64,000 nt of DNA from Blastocladiella emersonii ATCC 22665 (Eukaryota > Fungi > Blastocladiomycota), in contig JANHCV010000012.1 of NCBI GenBank assembly GCA_025594325.1, forward strand, positions 434,001 through 498,000, given 5' to 3'. The translations under genes and the position numbers were made by a program. The notes beneath the pieces are model-generated. The model had not been told where the DNA came from. It made no database searches and saw only the letters and a list, made by a program, of their open reading frames with translations. Positions 55,871 to 64,000 of this stretch are shown here, piece by piece; the first letter of the stretch is position 1, and every line of letters starts with the position of its first letter.

Positions 55871-58800
55871 TCAGATGCCCTTGCTCCAAAAGTCGCGAAG
55901 TTTCGGTCCGAGCGTATCCAGTCTGCCGCCGCTGACCGGATACGCAGGAAGGATCAGCGTGCGCGTGAGGTATGGACGCAGCTTCGCGTACAGCTGAGCA
56001 TCGAAGCGCGGATCCGACGCGGGAACCGCGTCGCCCAGGGTCAGGTAGTTCATGAGGTCGTGCGGATTCTGCGATATGTCCGGCAGCTTCCGGAAGGAGA
56101 GTCGCTCGGCAGCCGCCTTGCGGCACTCGGTGATGACTTCAATTCCATTTAGAAACTTGGTCATGCCAGACCCAGAACGGTCCTGCGCGGGCGGATCGTC
56201 GTGATCGATCGGCGAGGCGATGGTGCATTGCAAGGCGGGCGTTGGGATCGTCCCCGGGCCCGCGGAAGGGATGATGAAGGCGCGGTCAAACAAGATCATG
56301 AAGTTCGTCCGACCACGAGTGCCGTCGAGTTCCGCGCCCTGATGCCCGGCCGCGAACGACTCGAAAAGGAAGCGCGTGATTCCGACAACGGCAGCGGCCT
56401 GCACATTGGGCGACTCGGGCGCTTCGCAAAACAACTGAAATTCGTCATCGACGTCGTGAACAAAGCCGGGCGGAGCCGGGAAAAGCGCTTCGGCCAGGTC
56501 AGCGGTAGCGCAAGACGCCGTCTGAAGCAAGTGCTGCAGGATCCGGCTGTTCCGTGGGACGGCGAACCGGCGCCCGATGCGAGGAAGGGCGAGGCCGAGT
56601 CCAAGCTTGAAAGCGAAAGCACTGGCTCGTGTGTGTGTGTGAAATTGGGCAATAAGCCCGCGCGCGCCAACTGGTTTGAGGTTCGTGGGAAGGTCATAGT
56701 TGCAAGGCCAGGGCTAGAAGAAGTAAAAGCTGCTTTGCGCACAGGAATCGTCAGTCGAAAAACGTGCAGCAATCGGCCAAGGTGCAGTATTACAACGAAA
56801 CGGTTGCTTTGGGGCAGTGATTCGAACGAAACCGAGAGGTCCGATTGAGTAAGGAAGCGATTGCGAAATTTCAGTTGAACCTCAATTGAATCTTCTCGTT
56901 CGCTCACGTGCATTACGTTAATCGACCCCTCGTTCAAGTCACTAAGCCGACTTTGAGACGGGACGGGACGTGACTGAATGAGCGTGTTCAGAAGCGGGGC
57001 GAACGGCTTGGTGGCGTGTGCCCGAGTGACCGTGGCCGCAGAAAGATCTCTAAGCTCGTTGCCAAGAAGTTCACGCTGCATAGCCGTCTCAGGTCGCTGC
57101 TGTCCAGTGAAAAACTCGCGGTAGATTCCAATCATGGGACTTTCTGACGCCTTGCCAAGAAGAAACTCGGGGATGTTGAACGACACGCGCACGCGAGGCG
57201 GAAAGCCGCGCACGGACTCGACGCGGAGGCCTTCGAATCGGTAGATTTTGTCAGAAAGCGTGATTTCGGCCGCAAGATAAGTACAAGTGTTGGTCATTGG
57301 ATCAGCAGGCAGAGTGAACTCCACGTTGACGGGATTAGTGGAATCGTGGCCCCAAATGCCATCGAGGCGCAAAAGCAGGGCGAGCTCAGTCGTGTCGTGA
57401 CCATGTTCCTGAAGCGCGAAAAGCAGTCGATCAAGGAGGCTTTTGAACTCGGTCCATTGCGGTGTCGGGGAAATCGTTCCGCCTGAGTACACGAGACGCC
57501 CGCTGGCAACCGCGATACCAATAAGCTTGGGAATGAAGGCAGCCGACGTGAGCCGCGCATCTACCGGTGGACGAATTAATAGAATGTCGATGGAGGAGCT
57601 AAAGGAAAACCATACCAGGCGAGTTTGCCTTGGCATAGTGTCGCGTGCAGTCGATGAGAGCGTCACGTAAGAACGGCGACTTACTCAGCGTGGTCGGCAC
57701 ACTCGGATGCGGCAGCTTGGTAAAGGTGAGGTAGCGCTTGGGACACGAGTCAAGATGCTCGACGCTCAACGAAAAGTGTTGGTACCAAGTCGAAGGATCA
57801 CTAATGCTCGGTGTCTCGGCGAGAGTGACTCCAAAGAACGCGGGAAACGACTCGAGTGGGAGCCCCGTCACGCAAAGAAGAAAGTTAGCGTGATCGACGC
57901 TGGGTTGCTCGCGGTACAGTTGGCCGTACGCAAGCAGGCGAGCGCGTTCACGGTCATCGTCGTTGTCGCGAAGCAGCGGCGAGCCGTGGATGAGGATACT
58001 TAGAAGCCCGCAAGAGTCCATGAGATTGTTCGTGTCTACCACGTCGAAGCGCATCGCCGGGTCAGCCGCGAGCTGCTCCATGACCCCAACAGCGTGGCCG
58101 TGGATGAAGGCGACGCGGACGCGCGGCTCGTTGCCACGCAGGCCGTCGCGAAGGTTAACGACCCACTCTCCAATTTCGTCGAGTATGGCCGACTCTGGAA
58201 GCCCACGGCCAAGCAGCAAGTCAAATGCCTCGAAACACGTGGCGTTTGGATCGACAGCGTAATACGGAACGTCATCGGAGCCAACGAGAAGCATCGTTGG
58301 ATTTGGGGCGGACTCTTGGGTCGTGGAGGTGAACACGCTCGGGGCGGCGAGTCGCTCCAAATTGCACGCGGTATGCGCGGATTCAGCACCTTTGAGTACC
58401 CCGCGAAATTGAGCGTTCAACTGCTCCATAAACTTGGCGGCGGTTTCGACATCGTGCTTGCGAGCGTTCTGGGTGGTGCCGGGAACCAACTGCATCGACT
58501 GTTCGCGTTTGGCGAGGAGCGCATCAACGGACCAATTGACGTTTAGCCAAATAGTCCAGCAACGACGGAGCTCGCGCAGCGTCGCTACATCCACGACACG
58601 GAGCGGCGAGTTGGTCGCAATGTCGAGCCAATCCTTGTCGAGGCAGGCGCGCAGCTGGCTGATCCAGAATTCGCGCACGTTGGAATCAAGTACCGCCGAG
58701 TACCACAGCTGGCCGACGTAGCGGGTAAGAGCGTCCGAGTCAAGTTCGCTCTGCGGGGTGTAAGCAATAGCATGCAAGATGAGCAAGTTTCGAGCGAGGA

Positions 58801-59158
58801 CCTCGGGCTGCCAATCGTTGAGCGTAAATGAGAGCACAGCCGTGGCGCTCTTGGCCGCCGCCTCGCACACGGTGCGCGCAAGCTCGGCTAAGTCGCCGCA
58901 ACCGCACAAGAGCGCCTTCAGGTCAGGGCGCGAGCACGAGTTGTGGTACAGGAACAAGTCGCGCGGTGGCACTCGACGGAACGGACGGAAGGATTCGACG
59001 CGGGAGCCGCGGTACGGCGTGCGGCACGTCAAGGGCGCCGGGGACCACGTTTGCGAAGTTGGCGCCGGTGGCGTGGGTGCCGCTGACATAATAGCATGCG
59101 GGGAGGACGATGCATTGCCGCGAGTTGCGGACTTTTTGGTTTTCTTCTTTTGCTTCAT
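55871..59158 (-). CDS. DUF4470-like paralog 2 (intron 57561-57615; frame break at about 56625-56690, possibly a pseudogene)
   Basis: LLCGCGDLAE and FTLNDWQPEVLARNLLIL. Collinear with paralog 1 to the terminal KGI*. Intron at the same site and phase. Confidence 0.72.
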
Positions 59159-59512
59159 GGTTGCGAGGTAGAGAGCAACTTGGTTGAGCACGCGAAAATC
59201 GCCGGGACCCGACACCCCTGACCAGTTCATCAGGCGGGGCCGACTGGGACCTGTCAACCCCATCAGGCGGTCCGATTGGGCGATCGCTCGGGTGGCGCCG
59301 GAGCCGCTGCCTTGGTGCTCGCGAGCGCGTCGTGTTCTCCTCTCTCGCGCTGTACACCCGGCGACGTGTCCATGAACGAATGCATACAAATTAAACATGG
59401 AAAACGAATGAACATACACCTACTGCGATTGCGCGCCCCGTGCGCCTAAACCTCTCGCGACCATGGCGGCCTCGGAGCCGCCGCTCGACGCTCACCGCTC
59501 CGCTTGCGTGGA

Positions 59513-62500
59513 TCAGTACGGCGCATAGCGGTACTTCGCCAGGCTCTTGTGCACCATGCGGATGCGCGGCTCGATCGTCGCGCCCTTGCGCGCCATGCGG
59601 AGCGTGTCCGAGTGCTTGCCCTTTGACCGCTTCCCGCGCCGCCGCGTCTGCGCCTTGTCGCGCCCGGGCACGACGTTGAACCGGCCCTCGCCCGCGAGGC
59701 CGAACATCGAGTGCGAGTGCGGCGCGCGCCGGGTCGAGGCAGCGCCGCCGGGCACCTCGGCCGCGTAGATCGCCGCCAGCCGCTCCTCTCGCGAACACGC
59801 GCGAAGCGCGCGCGGCTCTGGGTCGAGGTCGGGGTTGCGGTACGACGACCGGTTGCGCGGCGGCGTCACGTCGAAGCCGCGCTCGTCGGCGGCCATGATC
59901 TTGAGCTCGCTGAGGATCTCGACGTGGCGCACGCTGCGCATCATGTCCTCGGCCGTCGCGTACTTGAGGCAGCGACCGTCGCTGCCCTGGTCGCGCTTGA
60001 GCTCCGAGATGTAACCCTCGGCGCCGTTCGTGGTGCCCGACCGCGCGTTGAACGTGGGCACGCAGTCGTCGCTCGCGGGCGGGCGCTGCGCGTTGAGGAG
60101 CGGGTACCCGTGAATGAGCTGGATCAAGTCCTGCGCGGTCTGGAACCCGACGCAAGCGACCGTACGCGAAGCGGCGCGACCCGTGAGCCCGTACATGACC
60201 GGGATCGCCTCGGGATACAACCACGCGGACGCGCGGCCCAAGCGCTGCATGGCTTCGCCGACGGACATGCGCGGGTCGTCGTATACGAGGTAAATGTCGT
60301 ACAGCGCCTCGGCGATCCGAGCATACTTGTCGGCGAGCTCGGGACCAATGAGATCGCGATGCTTGCGCAGTGCAGCGCACGTCTCGGGCAGGAAGAGTTC
60401 GAGTGCCCGCTCGACGTGCTGCGGATCGCGTTTTTCCCACGTCGCGCTAAACGCCGACGGATCGATGAGAGCAAGTCGGAGCCACACGTTCGCAAGCTTC
60501 GCAAGTTTTGCCGCATGAAGGTGGAATGCGGCGGCATCGGGACGCGGAATCGCCTCCGAGCTAGCGAACTTGAACAGCTGAGTCGCAGCTCGCTTCAAAG
60601 CGTGGTACACGTCAGGAAGTGCGATCAGACCGCCAGGAAGCGACGCGAAGAGCTGGCCAAAGCGCGCGGGCTTACTGTGACCGCAGTACGGCTGCTTGAT
60701 AAGATCGTAGCCGTTGCTTCGCACAATCAAGAACCAGAGGTCAGCGAGAAGCGGGAACAGGGCCACTCGAAGATTTTCAACGCCAATGAGCAGATCGGGC
60801 ACACCCTGATCGAGCAGCGTTGCCTTTTGGTGGTGGCACATTGCTGCACCTGCAAGGATCTGCGCATAGACGGCCACCTTGTACCAGTACACAGTAAGAT
60901 CCACGACCGTGGCAAGGTTAACCGTATTCGCAAGGAAGTTGACGAGTTTGTGGTACTCGTTGCTGTACAGCTGGGAAAACACGCAGTCCGGTGGAATCGC
61001 ATGGAGTGTTGCAACGTCAGCAAGTTCCACGGGCGGCGCGTTGGTCAAACCCGGATGAGAGAGTGTGTTGACGGCAGTTGCGCGAGCAGGAAGCGCAGTG
61101 ACAATTGGCACGATCAGGTTCGGCTGCAGCAGCAGCGAGTATAGCTGTTCCTTCGGGATCGCGGCAAAAATCTGCTCAACCTGGTCCATGACCGACCAGC
61201 CAGTAGTCGGGAGCGGCAGCTTGCACGCGAGCGGACCGGCCACAACGTTCTGCGCCTTGGCCGCCGGCTCGGGCGGCAGTGAGAGAACGCCGAGGTTGAG
61301 CGGCAAGTCTCGCGCGTGCGGCGGCATCCAGGTTGTGGAGGAAAAGTCAACGTGGCTAAGGAATGAGTGCGCGCCATCAAAGGTGCACACGGCGATGTCA
61401 AGCGAGCGGGCGAAGCAACGCGCCAGGAGTTGCTGGAGCAGAGACAAGGACTGCTGGTTTGACATCTCGTTGGAGATGAGAGCAGTGGCAACGACTTTGC
61501 GGAACTTGCGATCAAGCGACTCGAGCAAGAAGACCTGGAGCTTCCACGCAACGGGGAGGATCTCAAGCACAGCCGTCTCGTACCAGGCGAAAGTCGACGT
61601 CACTACAAGCAGATTCGGTGAGGTGATGTAGCGTACGCGATGGATCGAATGTGAATCGTTGGTACCGAGAGATGCGCGCTCCTCCAAGTCGTCAATCTCC
61701 GCGAGCGTGCGGGCCGAAGCAAAGCGGGCACTGTCGTCGATGAGGCGGGTGATGCGATCGATGCGGGCCGTGAGCGACGTGATTGATACGACCTGGCCGT
61801 ACGATGCAGTGACCCCATCAAGCACCTCGCCCACATTGTCACGCGTAGCAGCGACATCCGCGCCACCATCGCGACCGTAGGTGGCCTGCCGCGCGGCGGC
61901 AGCAATCGTACCCGAGCCCGGTTGGGCGCGCGACGAGCCGCTAGGTTTCGCCGCGCGCGTGCGAACCTTGCTGCGCTTTCCCTCGAGCTGCGAGCGGATC
62001 TCGATCAGTCGAGCTACGAGCGGGCCGCATGCGACTGAGATCGTGTTGATGAGAGCTTGACCAGCGTCGACATCGTCCTTGATGGCCAAGTCGCGTTGGC
62101 GCTCAAGTGAATTCAGCTCGTCCTCGAAGGCCTGAACTGTGCGGCCCGCCGTGGCATCAAGTACCCACGGAGTCTTAAAGTCGCCGTACTCGACAGTACC
62201 CATGATGCGACCAAGCTTGCGCTTCACTTCGTGATACGGAAAATCCGTCTCATCAAATATGGCCGCGAAGAAGGCATGGATTCCATGACGGGCGAGGTGC
62301 GAGGCACTGTAGCGCGAGCAAGCGTCGAGATTCCCCTCGTACACACCGCAAGCTGAGCGCTGGCTTCCAACTCCAGTGCGCAATGAGAACTCGGAGATCC
62401 ACTTTTGATGGTTGACGTACTTGGCGCGGGAAAGAGGAGTCCAAGCTGGTTCACGGCCACGCGCCCATGGCGGACGTAGAAGTGGCACCACCACAGTTTC

Positions 62501-63438
62501 TCGACATTGACGTATCGGTCGGAAGTGTCTTGGACGGGCGCTCGCTCGGGATGAGCGTAACGATCAGCAAGACGGTGGACAAGTTGATAGACAAGAGTGC
62601 CTCGGTGGAGCGTTCCGTGCTGAACAGCTGCAAGCAAGTCGCGGGCAAGCTCGAGGTCCGGGATCACCTCTTCATCGCGAGCGAGATTCGTGGCAATCTG
62701 GGTGATCTCTCCAAGCACCGAGAGCGTGGATGGATGAGGTCGCGGCGGCGCCTCGGGTTCGGGCCGTGGAGCGAACGTAAACGTCACAGTTGGTGCCGCG
62801 GGCGGCGGCGGCGGCGGCGGCGGCGCGACGCTGTTCGAAGCGCCCAAGGTCGCGGACGCGACCACGTCATCGATCCCGCGCGCGACGAGATCCTCGGCAA
62901 GCCGTTGCCCGTCAGCAAGGAGACGCTGCATGTCCTCGCTGTATTTGGCCGCGTGTCTCACGGCCTGCGCGATGCAGCCGCGACCGGAGAACAGCGCGAG
63001 GAAGCCTTGAGCGGGGACAAGCCGACGCGACAGGAAGCGGAGCGAGGGAATGGCAGCTTGAATCGCCCATGACGCGAGTCGTCCGGACCGAAGCATCTCG
63101 CCGCCAAACTTGCGCGCGTTCCGTTTAGTCACCGTGTCGAGCTCTGCAAAGCGTTTGAGGAAAGGGTAGACGTCAAGAAGCAACCGGTCCGTTCCTGTTG
63201 CACCAAGTTGCTCGCCGTCAAGCTGACACACATGGACGAGGGGAGGACTCGCTGCGGGAAGATCGCAAAGCACCGAGTAGCGCGGCTTTGTTGAGCCGTC
63301 CTCCCCGAAGGACGAAGTACTCGACGATGAGAGGTGAGACTGCAAGTCGGGCGGTATCGTTGACGCCGCGCTCACCGTCGGCGTGGCCGCCGTCGCGGCG
63401 GCCAACGGCGGCAAGGGTGATATTTCCATGGGTTCCAT
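59513..63438 (-). mobile_element. P-element/THAP9-superfamily-like DDE transposase gene, frameshifted at about 62403-62406
   Basis: PAPSTSTI/KWISEF, AIFDE (D, 62252-62254), A-KLQVFLL, CTFDGA (D, 61376-61378), ERALELF and TTNGAEGYISELKR (E, 60017-60019) occur in the P-transposase order. No TIRs or TSD identified. Confidence 0.7.
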
Positions 63439-64000
63439 GTGTTACGATGGGCGGCTAGCTACTACGTTGCCGAGAGCGCGGGCAGCGCGAGCCCATGCAG
63501 CAAAGTCATCGCTCCGGCCGCTGGTCGATGAACACGAGTCAGCCCGCCAAGCTCCAAGGCTGGTCGGGGACTGCCCCCGCCCGCACGGGCCCCCGCACAC
63601 GGGCTTCGGCGCTCAACACGAGCATCAACACGGTGCATAGAGTGATTCACGAAGCAGTCACTATATTTTGTGCGGCCAGGGAAGAGCGGAGCAGGCGCGC
63701 CGACGCGCGCGCGAAGGCCGGCGACGCGTCGCGCCACCGCGACGAGGCGCGAGACACGCGAGACAAGCCACTCGCTCCGGTTCCACCCGAATCCGGACTT
63801 GACATGTCCGGGTCGCGGCCGGGTCGGCCCCCCTGCCAGTTCATCGCCTCACCTGACCCGGCTGTCAGCCATCTCGTACGTGGCGCACCGCGTCCCGCAA
63901 CGAGTTAGGCAGATAGACAAACTTGTATTCAACAAACGATTCCTCTCCGCTTTACAACAGTCGCAGCAATACTCAAACTTCCTTCGCAAAGAACTCGGTC

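Noticed and set aside
59424-63937. Degenerate TIR pair for the P-like element (GGCGCAC...GCAA...TAGG near 59415-59446 vs 63882-63916) and the CATAGAG at 63636
   Set aside because: The match is short, gapped and plausible by chance in GC-rich DNA, and no flanking TSD was found.

Overview
Eukaryotic, GC-rich, intron-containing DNA. Introns are short (55-77 nt) with GTACGC/GTGCGC-type donors and CTGAC/CTCAC/CTAAC branch points. Gene content, including a ciliary CFAP92-like gene, points to a flagellated early-diverging fungus, probably Blastocladiomycota (inference). Compact housekeeping clusters (YEA4/SLC35B4-like transporter, WDR44-like WD40, FRA10AC1; METTL16, CFAP92-like, HTATSF1/CUS2, PP1-like) alternate with a turbulent accessory compartment. 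That compartment holds: (i) five F-box-like/ankyrin-like/LRR genes, four of them disrupted; (ii) a tandem triplet of an unrecognised F-box-like family; (iii) two DUF4470-like paralogs; (iv) an inverted segmental duplication (about 5.1-9.6 kb vs 29.5-36.1 kb) carrying VMA12, an unknown gene and an ALKBH1 that was inactivated independently in both copies; (v) a WD40-tail/LRR chimeric pseudogene; (vi) a P-element-like transposase. The clearest discovery is a 3,127-bp rolling-circle element at 29647-32773. It starts with TT, ends with hairpin+CTAG, has 17-bp subterminal inverted repeats and sits in an A|T target with no TSD. Its exact empty site survives in the paralogous block (9458/9459), giving a proto-Helentron-like architecture. 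All calls were made by eye; no database searches were run.
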